DNA of 64,000 nucleotides from Tubiluchus corallicola (Eukaryota; Animalia; Priapulida): the NCBI GenBank assembly GCA_030141605.1, contig JAQGDQ010000648.1:1-64000 (forward strand). Direction: 5' to 3'. The notes beneath the pieces are model-generated. The model made no database searches. It saw nothing but the letters and a program-made list of their open reading frames with translations, and was not told where the DNA came from. Below, one piece after another: positions 38,781-52,675 of the stretch. A program made the translations under genes and the position numbers. Within the stretch, counting starts at the first letter, position 1. Each line of letters opens with the position of its first letter.

Positions 38781-41639
38781 GGTTTTTGTTGTTATGATAA
38801 TAAAGGGTAATAATGTTTGTTGTTGGTCAAGACAGAGAAATTCTTAAAGAAGTGCTTAGTCATTTGAAGAAATTTAAATTCTGTTATTGATTTTAGGCAT
38901 GGATGGATGAAATGGAATTTGTGAAGTAAAGAAAAATATTTTCATACACTTGAGATTCTTATTCAAATTAAAGAAACTTGAACACCTGGCCAGGAAAATA
39001 CGCCAGGGAAAAGCTTATGGAAGAATTGAATTGCGCATTCAATAAATGGTATTGAAAATAACTCAAATAATTATTTTTATTCCTAAATATATTTCATATT
39101 TTATAATTGAGTTTAAAATGGATTCCTGCACATTCTGACGTATGGAAAAATATTTTTCTACATTCTATAATTTATAATTCTGAACCGATAAAATATTTTT
39201 GAAACATGTGTTATTTCAAGTTATTTTTTATCAGTTTAAACGTGTATGAATACCTTTCTTACCATTTTTAAGAAAAGAAAAATTGTTTGATCCATTTCAA
39301 GATTCTTGTCCTAGGAAGTGTCACCTTCTGCACCAAGCAAAAGAGAGGAAATCCAAAAAATGTCAGAAACTACAGGAATTGTTATCAAATAACTAAAACA
39401 CAAACAAGGAAAATATTTCGGTTATCATACTTATTCTTCTATAAATTTCTCGTATTGGGTGAGAAGAAGTGAATAAATGCAGTGTATAAATAATAAATCC
39501 AATGCGTATTATAAATGGACTAATGAGACTACTGAGAAAAGAAACTCTCACGCAATTTTTTCAATTTTTGCTCCAATTCCATATCACACCACCCGCGCCA
39601 TACCAGCTGCACCATGTCTGCAGCAGCATGCTGAACCCACCACACCACATGCACTACGACATTCAACATTCAACCCAACACACAACACCACCACCTGCAG
39701 GACAGAACGCCACCTACCCACAATTCACCACACCACACCATCCACGGCGTGCTCACTACATCCACTATGTCATAACGCACCACTCCAAACCAATGTCGTG
39801 ATCATAATGATGACGACGGTGATTTTTGGTTGTAACAAATACGATGGTGGCACCTACAATACCAACACGGGCAGCACAGCAGTATTTCAAAACCATTCTG
39901 TCATAGGTTTAAATTGCTTGACATGGCAAACGCTAAAAGATCGAATCACCAATGATCAATATAATGGGTATTCTACATATTTGCTAACTGTTTCTTTTAA
40001 TCGTAATAGACTACAATTGTAATGCTTCATTATAACAGCTACTAGCAGCTTCTATTGAAGCAGAATTATAGGCAGAGTGCCATGGAATGACGTCAGAACG
40101 ATGGCTTTTTCAGTCGATGCATATCCCCTTTCCTCTTCTTCCCAAAGAGCTATTATATGCCATTCCAAAGCTGGGTCCGAGAAAACTCCCGCTAAACTGC
40201 TCATGGCATTCCCAGGAATTTTCCTATAATACACACCATTGGAAGGGCTATAAATCAGTTACCAACACCGTTTCAAGACCGTTTCCGTTCTCTAGAAATA
40301 AGAGATATGAATTTCGCAAAAAATGGAGCTAAAAGGCCATTCTCGAGGTTTTTGCTCCTGTTCCTCCAGCTGTGCGCGCGCATTAATGTAAACCATTAAT
40401 GAGATGACACTAGATCCAGACCTTTACAAAAGGTATGTAACAAATCACAAAAATAAATTATAAGACTAATCAAACACCACCAAAAATTTAAACGAGTCAG
40501 AAAGCATATATATCTTGTTAATCGTTAAGCCTCAGAATCTGAGAACAATAATGAGTGGCCAGCTCTGCCTTATATATCAATGCAAATGGACAACACCAGA
40601 ACAATGTACAAACTGTACAATGTACAATATATGTTTCAACTAAGTTTAACCCAGGTATAAAGCCACACTGTACCAACTGCATGGCAGCTTACATTCTACA
40701 ACTTTTTTAACATAGTTTTAACATTTTTCTCCAATTTTTATGGATACAATTTCTCCAATAAAAATTTGTTGAGTCATTAATCATACAAAAATTTACTGTG
40801 TACCATTCCTGATTCACTTGTTCCCTTGCAATGAATTTTCTATAGTAACATATTGTACCTGTTTCTTTATTTGTGATTTTGTACACTAGATGGCTGACAG
40901 ACATTACCCGAAACTATTTAGCCAATTAGAACGTCCGCCATTACTAGACATGCATGCTGCACTCCAGAGCTGTCAATCACTCTTACACATGACCTGTCAC
41001 GTGCATCGCTGCTTCCATACACGCATCGCTACACTCACTGCTCGTATGTATGCGAGTGCACCGCGTCTCTGCCATGCTCTACACAGACCCACATGTTTTG
41101 GTAAAATATTTGCAGCATGCATGTACACAAACAAAATGAAAGTGGAGAAATATCCATTTTCATGCTAATGTTCGCTGTTTTGGTGCAAAGGTATTACAGA
41201 AAACCCCAATGATGGGAATAAAATTTTGCAGACGTTTTCATAGAAACTTGAGCTGGTAGAACTGCCTCATTCTCTGTTTCCATGTTTCTATGTACTGTAA
41301 AAAAATAACATAATAGATGAAATTGTCTCAGCAGCCACCCATCCATTTAGTTGCGTGTATCTGTAGTGCATTACTTCTTCCCTTGTTACTTCTCAAATAA
41401 ACCATTCAACTTCTCCATTATTGTTAATTAGCGATAGAAGCTTGAAAGCAGTTTCGTTTGAGAGCTGGAATTAAATCTTTCTTATCAAAGCACAGGGGTG
41501 TTCTATTATTTTTGCTGAAAGTCTTGCTTATCATAATATATCGCCCTGGGAAACATGCAGTAAGATGGTTTGATAAATTTGAAAGGATAATAATGTGTTT
41601 TTAGATTTGAAAGCTAGTACTGCAAACACAGGGCTAAAA

Positions 41640-42175
41640 ACTGGTTTTTCTTATTATGATAATAAAGGGAGAGACTGAATAACAATAATTGCTGTTTGGA
41701 TAAGATGGAGAAAGTTTTAAGTGCTCAGCCACCTGAACAAAAGGCTCTTTACGTGTGAAATTCTAAGATTCAAGTTCTGTTGTTGACTTTGAGCTGGGAT
41801 AATTGCAGAAAGTGGTTCTGAAGCAAAGAAAAATATTTCCCCGCATTTTAACATCTTGTGTAAAATACCCTCACCCGAACACCTGGGAATGATGCCAGGG
41901 AGAGAGTTAAGTAAGAAAAATTGAATGAACCGAATGCCCTATAACTGAGAAAGATTTTGGGACATTTTCTTTTTTTAGTGAAAAATTAACATTTTGCCAA
42001 ATCTGCTGAAACCGTTACATATGAAACTGTGTTAACCAGGTATTGTTGAAAATGCTGGGGTGAGAATTTTTTGTAAATTATTTCAGCATCATTTCAAATT
42101 TTATCTGCCATTGATTTAAAAGGATTAATAGTTTTCTGTAAACTTGCAGTGAACAAAAACATTTTTCCATGTTAT
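41640..42175 (+). repeat. Segmental duplicate of 47850-48362
   Basis: Shared ccgaatgccctataactgagaaagattttgg and ccgttacatatgaaactgtgttaaccaggt. Confidence 0.9.
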
Positions 42176-43824
42176 TAAGTTCCTGAGCAAATTAGCCACT
42201 CAAGAACTGCTACCCCTGAGAAAAGAAAGAGCTTTCAAATCCTAGGCCCATAAATATTCGTCAGAACTTAATAAACGCCTCCGTTTACTCCTATACTGTA
42301 GGAGTCAGCAAATGACGGAGGAAAGGAGGAAAGTTCCTCATTCTCAGTCTTCAGCTAGGCAACCTCCTAAGGCAGTTCCAAATTCCACCCAACAAACGTC
42401 ATGATCTACCTGGCCAGATTACGAACACAACGAAGTTTCCTGCATACTAGTAAAACTGCCAAGGAACCGTCTGGTTTCCTCTCAGAGAAATTTGATTACA
42501 CTGAGAACACCAAAACTAACAAACTCATTATGAGATCTCAAAAGTTGAGACCTCAAACCTGCTGCAACAAAACGTGTAGCTTCAAACGCAGCGCAAAACC
42601 GTAATGGCGGCAATAAGGAAAAATCACGGTTCAATACTTTTCCAGGAGCGCGAAAATTATCTTGTAACCATTCAAGACATGTGACAGGAAGATCGCCATC
42701 GAACAGGGAAAAGGGGAGAGGTATTAACGGATGGGCAGAAAACCAACCCAAACAAGTACAAAATGAACTTTAGCATAATTTTAATATGGACGAGGACGTC
42801 TGTGACGTCACAACGTCATAATTAATCAATCATTAACTCCTTCAGGACCGAATGTGTTTGCTTCGTTTTGCCTGGGTGAAGGAAAGGCTGCTCTTACAAA
42901 CCAGCAATAATGTTATTTTTATATTTTAGAAATTTTGTAGGTTTCTGCTACTCACACAACGGATCTTCATGCAAAATTCATGAAATGCATTTGCTTACAC
43001 TAGACAAATCAGAAATCGTTTTTCATTAAAAAGAATGAAAAAAAGCTTTCAGTAACTGCAATGTTTGCACTGCAACATAGTATAGCCTCGCTTGTGTGAA
43101 AATGGTTAATACAGAAGAGTTCAACTCTGCAGACACAAAACGCTGATACACTGTGGACTCAAGTCAAGTTGTTTTTAAGTAGGAATTCCTGTTAAAATGT
43201 GAAACGACCATAATTTGTCCTTGGTTCAACAGTTGATTTTTCATGGAACAGCAGTGCAACACTGCACGGCTTGGGCGTTACTCCTAAGATTGAGTATTAA
43301 TGTTTGTCTTAAATGCATAATACTAAATCAACCTCAAATCACCTTTCGAGTACTTCTTAATCATTCGAATACTTCTTAATCACTACTCTTTGCTAATTAT
43401 TATTTTTGCAAAATTTCTGCAGTTGCTATTTTCTTCTTGTTGTTTATTTTTTGTACTGTTTAAAATAAATTTTAGCAGTTTCTGATCTGTCGCACCAAAT
43501 CAAAGCTGTACTACCTTTTTTTTAACATTTGTTTAGACACAGAATGGATTTGTTTCTTTTTACTCTTAATTCAGTCTGACCCAGGAGTAGATCAGCACAG
43601 TACCGACTCTGTACCAGTTTGCATTCTACAATTTTCTTAATGTAATACTAAAATTTTTGCCTGATTTTGCATTGTGGACAAAGTGTTTAAAGTATTAATT
43701 TGTTGTGTCACTAGATCAAGACCTTTACACAAGGTATGTAACAAATCACAAAAATAAATTATAAGACTAATCAAACACCCCCAAAAAGTTAAAAGAGTCA
43801 GAAAACGTATACATCTTGTCAAAC

Positions 43825-45575
43825 ATGCTGCAGTACAATTCTCTTTGTTTTTGCCAAAAGTTTGCGATTATTTTAGCTGGTCCAGTTAAAGGAGCAGAAT
43901 ATCTTCAGGAAAACGTAAATTTTGGAAATCGTGTGGAAACGAAAAACGAAAATTTTGAGAAAGAAACAGCGAGAAACTTTTATGTACAAAAGTAGCTGCA
44001 GTAGAGAACTGAAAGGAAAGCTTTGAAATGATTTACCAAAAATTAATAGCTGAAGTGTCATATGACTTTTTAAAGCAAATTGCAAGATGTTAAGGTTGAA
44101 AATGTCCAGGAAAGAGGCTCAATTAGCAGGAATGCTGTATGCAGTGACACAGACAATGACAGTATAAGCCTAATTCCAACGAACTGAATTACTTTGCTCA
44201 AAATCAGTTGGAGGCAGGAGTGCCATTTGTAGATTTGGCAAAGGTTATTCACGACTTTTATTCGGAGGAAAAATGTGATGAGGCGAAAGTGGTGCTTATT
44301 GGTCTTATACCGCGCGACAATACAGACAATCCAGAATTCGTGAAGAACAGAATCAGAATCGGTTCATCCAAAAAGGCAAATGTGTGCAATGACATACTGA
44401 AGCTATTGCAATACGGCCCTATAATAAATGCTGCGCCTGCACCGAGATTTGCGGCCGCTTTCTCTCAAAACATCCCGCCAATGAGTCTGAAATCAATGGA
44501 TACATCAGTATTGTTAAAACAACTTCAAACTGTGCAGCAGGACCTAGCGGTATTGAAAGATAAATTCATAACGAAGGAGGACTTAAATGAAATCTTAGAC
44601 GCACGTTTTGCTAGCTCTAACATTGCCATAGCAAAGCAGAAGAGCTATTCTTCAGTAGTCCAGTCAGCAGGTGTGTTATCTTCCTCTTCAGAGACTATCC
44701 CACATAAGCCACCTACCACAAAGACGGTGATGCTGGGTGATTCAGATAAGGATAGTGATGGCTTCACTAAAGTCGTACGTTCTGGTAAACGCCCCAGACT
44801 TCCTTCAACAAAGCCAGCATCTAAGCGGGTTATAACTGGTACTGCAACCAACAGTGAGGTAAAATCCAGCAAGCCGTTACGACAGTTGTTCGTTACGCGA
44901 CTGGATCCGGACACTAACATTGGTGACATAGAATGGTTAATTATAGACCAATGCGACATTAAGGTGACTGTAAAACAGCTGCAGACGAAGTACAATACGT
45001 ATAGTTCATTTGTGGTTAGCTGCTTCGGTAACGAAGAGAAGAAGCAGATAATGAATCCGGGGATCAGGCCAGCTGGGGTGCTACTGAATACGTATTACAC
45101 TGCAAAAACGCTTCACCAAAGAAATATAGTAAGACAGCAACATCTACTGGCGACATGAGACAAACACCCGGATTGAACGAGCCTATCAGTACTGCAACAT
45201 TGCATGTGAACTCGGCTTTAGAACAGTCAAAAATGCAGTCCTGGGGTTGTACGAGTTCCATAGCTTCCAATGTGGACCGAATTTAATCTGCAGTATAAAC
45301 CATCTAACAATAGAACAAACTATTCGAGTGGCCAGCTACAATTGCAACTCTATTACGTATTATCTCAGTACGTTCTGCATGAACTATGTACAATTTGTGA
45401 CGTAATTTGCCTTCAAGAGACAATGCTGCCTAAGCAAGAACTGGATTATCTGTCATATTTCCATTAAAATTTCTATAGTCGTGGTGTATCACCTACTGAT
45501 CTATCTGCTGGAATGCCCGAGGGAAGGCCACAAGGCGGACTGGGTATCTTGTGGAGGAAGGATCTTCCCGTGTGT
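43825..45575 (+). mobile_element. Non-LTR retrotransposon 5' portion: 5'UTR, ORF1 and start of ORF2 endonuclease
   Basis: ORF1 (44160-45158) has NELNYFAQN, FYSEEKCDEAK, DILKLL, PRFAA, a coiled coil, LFVTRLDPDT and KYNTYSSFVVS. ORF2 scraps read DVICLQETML and GRPQGGLGILWRK. The sequence ends before RT. Confidence 0.85.
44208..45158 (+). CDS. LINE ORF1-like protein (316 aa; no in-frame ATG at the expected start)
   Basis: Open frame carrying the ORF1 motifs listed above. The frame is open back to a TGA at 44157. Confidence 0.7.
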   Translation: MEAGVPFVDLAKVIHDFYSEEKCDEAKVVLIGLIPRDNTDNPEFVKNRIRIGSSKKANVCNDILKLLQYGPIINAAPAPRFAAAFSQNIPPMSLKSMDTSVLLKQLQTVQQDLAVLKDKFITKEDLNEILDARFASSNIAIAKQKSYSSVVQSAGVLSSSSETIPHKPPTTKTVMLGDSDKDSDGFTKVVRSGKRPRLPSTKPASKRVITGTATNSEVKSSKPLRQLFVTRLDPDTNIGDIEWLIIDQCDIKVTVKQLQTKYNTYSSFVVSCFGNEEKKQIMNPGIRPAGVLLNTYYTAKTLHQRNIVRQQHLLAT

Positions 45576-47745
45576 AATGCAGATTATGATCTTTGCTTGT
45601 ATATTTCTCAGTCAATTTACATTCCAAAAATGAAAGGGTAAAAGGTAAATAAACACTGTGTGGAACATCAGCACATCACTGTTTTTAAATCTTTTTGCTA
45701 ACCTGTATCATACTAATACACATACAGTTTTGTATGTTTGCTTGTTTATCTTTGTGTAAATTTTTTAGCCAAAATAAGCAGATGAATAAGTTTAGAATTG
45801 TCCAGCTCTGGCAGAGATTTGTTTCCTATGAGCTCATTCTAGTTTTATTGTAGAAATCAATTGCATTCATGTAACATTTTTATCTGCACCATTTTTGTTG
45901 TACTGAGCTTTATCTGCAATTGTAGTTGTTATAGTCATTGTCATTGCTGCTTTTGATGTTGCTGCGCTGTTGTTATTATAGTAAAACAAATACAAGGTCA
46001 GGCTAAGTGTGACTATGTTGTAAATATAATTCATGTACTCAAATTTGTGTCACAACTTTCACACATATGTTTAAGCATTTCTTTGCTACATGGTTGTTAT
46101 TGATAGTAACAAATAAACAATGATAGTGCAGGAAAATCTGCTCTCACTAAGCAGCGATTACGCTATATTGTAGCTGTTACATTAGTTTCAGTTTTGTACA
46201 GTAGATGGCAGCCTGACATTGCCCGATACTATTCAGATTAATTGGAGCAGTTATATGATTACAAATCTTACATCTAGGCTGCACAAAAATTTTCATTTTA
46301 AATACGTAATACTAAATCTACCTACTATCATTTAGCGACTACTGTTTGTTTATTATTATTTTTTTCTAAGGCAACATATTGTAGGTGATGTGCTAGTTGT
46401 GGCTTTGTACAATAGATGGCTCACTGATATTACCCAAAGCTGTTCAGCCAATTGGAGCATCGACTATTGCTAGACACGCATGCTGTCAATCGCTCTTACC
46501 CACGAGCTCTCATGTGCAACGTTGCTATCATGCACGCATCGCTAAACTCACTGCTCTAGCACGTGTGAGAGTGCACCATGTCTCTGCCATGCTCTGCTCT
46601 ACACAGACCCACATGAACATGTTTGGGTAAAATATTTTCACCATCCAGTGTACGTACATTACTAATAATAAAGTCTGCCTAATGAAAACTTAAATTAATT
46701 CCAATCTTTGTCAAAGTATCATGTACTTAAATAACGCTAAGATTCAATGTATTTGCAGCATTTATTGAAAACAACTAGTCAAATTCAAATCAACGAAAGC
46801 AATGCAGACAAAAATTATTTACACAAAGGTATCTTGCATAGACTTATTTGCCACTGATGTCGAGTGACAATAACCAGATGAACCAAATTTAAACATACAA
46901 CTTAATAGTTTTGCTATTATTGACTTTCTACCAGATAATTTTGTATGATTTTATGTTATACATAGGATGCTTGCGTGCAATAACTACAGCTATTACGAAA
47001 AAAAGCCAACAACATCAGGACAGCGCCATTCAAAATAGGTCACGTAAGACCTATTAGCTATACCTTTTCTGCATATGTGTTTCTATATGCTACATAGCTA
47101 TATTAGCTATATTGTTTGATAATAACAAAAACAGCTCACTATGGCAAAAATCTACGAAGAAATGTGCATACTCTATGTAACGAAGATCATAAAACTGATG
47201 ATGAGCTAGTGTTTTTCATTTATCAAAAAAAATGTTCTTATTTGCAAACTGCATAAAAATGCCGAGTATCTTCTTAGTCATATTTAGACATATTTATTTT
47301 ATTATTCACTTCAGCAATGCAAAGTTTACAATATAATTCACGCTGTTATTTCGGAACGATTATGTACTCACAATAATTGTTAATCTAACCAAAAATAGTG
47401 CTGCATGATTGTTATGAACCTGATTTTTTTTCAAATTTCTTCAAGTTTGTCGTACTCATGCTAGTCTTCCTGCCTAAAGATGAAGTTTCTATTGTGATTC
47501 ATTGCTTTAAATTTCAAGCTGAAATACTTCTATTCTTCGCTGCTTTTAATTGAAGCTAAAATAAATCAAAATTAACGATAAGCTGAGTAATTAAAATAAT
47601 AATTGACATTAATTGCATAATGGAACTTAACAAATCAATTAAAGTTGTCCGATAACAAATAGCATAAGCATTGTTCAGCAGTTCCTTCTGAGAGCACTGG
47701 GAATAGAGCTTTGTTAACAAAGCACAGGTGTGTTCTATTTCAAAC

Positions 47746-47856
47746 TGTTTGTATAGCAAACATTGGGCTAAAAGCTTTTAAAAGTGTTTGTATAGCAAAC
47801 ATTGGGCTAAAAGCTTTTAAAAGTGTTTGTATAGCAAACATTGGGTAAAAGCTTTT
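47746..47856. repeat. 39-bp tandem triplication
   Basis: tgtttgtatagcaaacattgggctaaaagcttttaaaag at 47746 and 47785, plus a partial copy at 47824. Confidence 0.95.
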
Positions 47857-50199
47857 CTTGTGATAATAAAGGCTGAGACTGCTTAATAATAATTGCTGTT
47901 TGGAAATGGAGAAAGCTTTAAGTGTTCAGCCACCTGAACAGAAGACTCTTTATATTCTGTTTTATTCAAGTTCTGTTATTGATTTTGAGCATGGTTAAAG
48001 TGGCTCTGAAGTGAAGAATAATATTTTCTCACATTTTAACATCTTGTGTAAATTAACCTCAGCTGAACACCTGAGAATGATGGCAGGAAAAGATTTAAGT
48101 AAGAAAAATTGAATAAACCGAATGCCCTATAACTGAGAAAGATTTTGGAACATTTTTGTTTTTCCAGTGAAAAATTTACATTTTGCCAAATCTGCTGATA
48201 CCGTTACATATGAAACTGTGTTAACCAGGTGTTATTGAAAATGCTGGGGGAAGAAATTTTTGTAAATTATTTCAGCGTCATTTCAAATCCTGTCTGCCAT
48301 TGATTTAAAATGATTATTAGTTTCCTGCAAACTTGCAGTGAAAAAAGTTTTTTCCATGTTAGAAAATTAGAACTTGTTTTGTTTGAATTGGGGATGTGAA
48401 AAATTTCTGGAATTTACTTAAAAATATATTGGAGCCTAGGAGCTAAGGAAAGACGCCAACGAAAGAGTTAAGAAAATAAAGCAGAACAATTACACACTTA
48501 ACTTTCAAAGCCTGCATTCCACATCTGGGAAAAATTTTAAAAAAATAAAGCAGAAAGATTACAACCTAAAAACTTCAAAGACTGCATTGGCACACCTGGA
48601 AAAGATTTAAGAAAACATAGCAGAGTATTAACACACCTGAATTTCAAAGCTTGAATTCCGCTCGTAGGAAAGGTAAAATAAAGAACAGCAAACACAGACA
48701 AGGTTAATAGTAATGTACGACATTCCTCTAAATTTACACGAGCGTTCCTACAAAGAAGTGAGGAACAATAACCACTTCTGATTAATGCATTTCATTACTG
48801 ATTAAAAAATACATTCTTTTAAATGTAATTAATTCTCGATCACTAATTTAGCAATACGCAAAGCATTGATGCTTTTACATTCAGGTCTGCTGAGGAAAAT
48901 CGTATTTTTTGTTATTTCCATTGTACATCAAGTTTATACTAATATAGCAGCTTGGGAAATTATATTCACAACTAAAATTCAGTTTCAGTTCTTGCCTTTT
49001 AAAGCTTTTTAAAGAATTCGTTCTGCTAACATATGGTGAAAAACCTCTTTTGCTATGATAATAAAGGAGAGGCTGTGTAATAATAATAGCTATTTAGATA
49101 AGAGGTGAGGAATTTTAAGTGCTCTACCACTTGAGCAAACACGGTTCAATATGAAAGAGTAATTTTCTGAAGTAAATTGTTTGATGAAGACAAAAAATTC
49201 TTGTAACATCAAACCGTACCACCAAAGCTGTTATTTTTAAAACTCAATGAAAATAGTTCATTTTTGTCTGCTCTTTTCTATGAATAGTCTAGATTTTGTG
49301 TTAAATTTTATTGTTTACTTTGAATTTGACATTGTCTTTTACTATTTGGAGAACTTCGCCACAGTTTTAGGTCTCTTTGATGGGATGTTTTGAATTTGTA
49401 AAAATAAATTTTAAGAAATTGTTGCATACTGTTGTGTAAAAATCAATGATAGGATTATCACAGGATTAGGATAGGACTAGCATGCAGCACAGATATTAAG
49501 GAATGACTTACCAATTCATGCACGTAAAATCAGGAAATTTCAAAAATTCCAATCATTTTTTAAAACTTAGTTTTACAAAGAAGTTCTTTTTTTCAAATTA
49601 AGTGAAAAAAACAAATGAGTTGTTAATTGATTAGAGATATATCAAGGAAAAAAATCATTGTTTGAACTGGCTTTTTTGAAAGAAAAATTTACTGTTAAAT
49701 GCTCCAAGTTTTGGGAATTGTGTAGAAACAGAAAAGGAAAATTTCAGAAAGAAACCCAATAGTTTAAACAAGTCGACTCAGGTGTGTGCAGGCAAACTGG
49801 TACAGTCATCATCACACCTGTCATTATTTGCCATTAAAAAGCACATGTTGTTTTAAATTTAACAAAGCCTAGAAAACAGTGAAGACACTACAAAACTGGT
49901 GACATGTTGCCTCTTGAGCGACATTATGCAGGGGAAAGTAAAAAACTGATATTACATCTAAACAAAAAGTCAAGTGCTAGCAGGTAGACCTGACAAAAAA
50001 ATTTGATAAAAAACTAATCATTTAAATTTGTTTGCTCGCTCATCTAGTTGCCAGGTTCTGTGGTGCATAACTGTTATCTCTAACTAGTCTTTTAAGTAAG
50101 GGTAAGGTGACAGAAACTGTTTATTCTCCTCTGTGTTTTAAACAGAAATATTTTTAAATGCTTTGATATCAGAAAACTCAAACTCAATTATTGGAATAG

Positions 50200-52675
50200 T
50201 TTTTAATCTTATCAAAACGTGGCATTTCCTAGTCGGTTATATGAGAACAAACCTTTACTATTAGGACATTACTTCAAAGATTTCATTTTAATTTTGATTT
50301 AATTTCCATAATACTTAATATAGGACCGAGTCTGACCCAGGAGTAGATCAGCGCTGTACCGACTGTGTTCCAGTTTGATTTCTAGAATTTTTTTAATGTA
50401 GTGTTAAAATTTTTGCCCAATTTTACACTGTTCCCAATGTAATAATGTAAAGTCTTGAATGTAATAATTTTTGGGTCATTAATCGTATAAAAATTTACTG
50501 TGTACCAGTTCCGACTAACTTGGCTAACTTGTTGACTCGTAACAGACCTTTTATGGTGACATATTGTACCTGTTGCATTAGTTGTGATTTTGTACACTAG
50601 ATGGCTGATTTACACTACCATATGCTATTCACCTAATTGGAGCATCCGCCATTAGTAGACATGCATGCTGCACTCGCGTGCTGTCAATCACTCTTACCCA
50701 TTGAGCTATCACGTGCATCGCTACACTCACTGCTCTCACATGTGTGAGAGTGCACCATATCTCTGCCAAGCTCTACAGAGACCCACACATTTGGATAAAA
50801 TAGTTTTAGCTTCTAGTGTATGTGTACTAACCAATAATGAATGCGGAGAAATAATAGAAACATTTTCGAGTGCATTTTGCCCTCAAAATCGATAGCAGAA
50901 ATTAAATTTCACTTCAGAATCTTACAATAATGAACAATGTTCTGAAAAACACTAGCTCGCACACCAACACTAGTGTAAACGACAAATGATATGCTAAGAT
51001 GTAAGATGTAAGATTGGTATGTAAGAAAAAAATTAACGCCTAGATATGGGCTGTTAACATCTCTCAAGCTTTCTCTAAATATCATCTAAAATGTTCGGCA
51101 CAAAAATTTTTGCAAATTTTTTCATAGTTAGTTCAAGCTCTACTATCAATTTGCCACTAACAAATTTGTTGTAACCACTGACAAAATAAGCGCTAAATCT
51201 TATTGTTTATTTGTGTTAAACATTCTTTTGTGGAGCATGTGATTAAAAATGGAAACCGAAAGAATGGCAACGGCAAAATGGTGTACTTAGTAAACAATTT
51301 GTTTCAGTTAAGGTTATAGTGGGGATAGTAATTTTAGTTCTTTTTGTCTTGTCTTGGAAATTGTGCTTCAACACAATTTGTTTGTATAGTTTGTTTTTTG
51401 CCAATTACGGCAGTCAGCTTGATACCATCACCAAAATGAATGGGTGAAACGTAGATAAACTATACAGAACCTTCGTGCATTATTGAATATAAATCTATTA
51501 TTGAACAAAATAGTCTTTTGTCTAGCTATATAATACAGCTACATTTATGTATGTTTGGTTGTTTGTATTTTTTGTTAATCTTTTTAGCCAATAGAAACAG
51601 ACGTTGAAGTTTAAAATTGTTCGGCTTTGGCAGAGATCTGCATCCTATATGTTCTAGTTTTACTATAGAAATCAATTGCATGTAACATTATTTTCTATAG
51701 TGCGTTCTTTCCTGCGCCATTTTTATCTTACAAAGCTGCTGATCTTGTGGTTGTCATTGTTGTTGTTATTGCTGTTGTTGTTATTATTGTAAAACAAAAA
51801 CAAGGTCAGGCTAAGTGTGACTATGTATTAGATATAATCCATGTACTCAAATTTGTGACACATTTTCCTACATATGTTCAAGCATTTCTTTGTTACATGG
51901 TGGTTATTGATAGTAGCAAATAAATAACAAAAGTGCAGAAGAAACTGCTCTCACTAAGCACGTTGTATTGTAGCTGTTACATTAGTTGCAATTTTCTACA
52001 GTAGATGGCTGTCTGATACCATACAGGTTGTTACTATTGTGACTACTGTTTGTTAATTATTATTTTTTCTATGGTACCATATTGTAGGTGTTGCACTAGT
52101 TGCGATTTTGTACAATAGATGGCTCACTGGTATTACCCAAAGCTATTCAGCCAATTGGAGCATCTGCAATTGCTGGTCACGCATGCTGTCAATCACTCTT
52201 ACCCATGAGCTATCATGTGCATCGTTGTTTCCACGCATCCGTACACTCACTGCTCTAGCATGTGTGAGAGTGCACCATGTCTCTGCCACGCTCTACACAA
52301 GCTGCCTGTTTGGGCAAAACATTTTCACCATCCATGTACACTAGCCAAATATAAATGGCGAGAAATTAATAATAATAATAACATTAATAATAGCGATAAT
52401 GATAACAGCAACAAAATCACTTTGAAACAAACAATGAATAACATTTTAAAATGAAAACGTTGGAATGTAGCCTGTATTTTTGAATAATGTAATACGGCCT
52501 TAGACTGCAGTATGCCACTGCATTTTGTCGTGGTTAAGGCAATCCAAAGTCATGATAATATTATACTACAGATTACAATAAGGTGCAGGTTTAGATGGCA
52601 AGTGACTTTTGACAGAGTATAGCATGACAATAAAAGTTACAGTTGACCCAATATTGACATCAAATAGCATTGTTT
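50200..52675 (+). repeat. ~2.4-kb module duplicated at 59120-61530; partial copies at 40640-41270, 43570-43820, 45715-46650, 62490-62760 and 63880-64000
   Basis: Collinear shared sequences, e.g. gagtctgacccaggagtagatcagc, gatatgctaagatgtaagatgtaagattggta and cagttgacccaatattgacatc. Confidence 0.92.

Noticed and set aside
39477-40022. 181-aa His/Thr/Pro-rich ORF
   Set aside because: It arises from CAC-rich low-complexity sequence, overlapping frames are also open, and there is no domain signal.
44645-44995. 116-aa minus-strand ORF
   Set aside because: Antisense shadow of the LINE ORF1.
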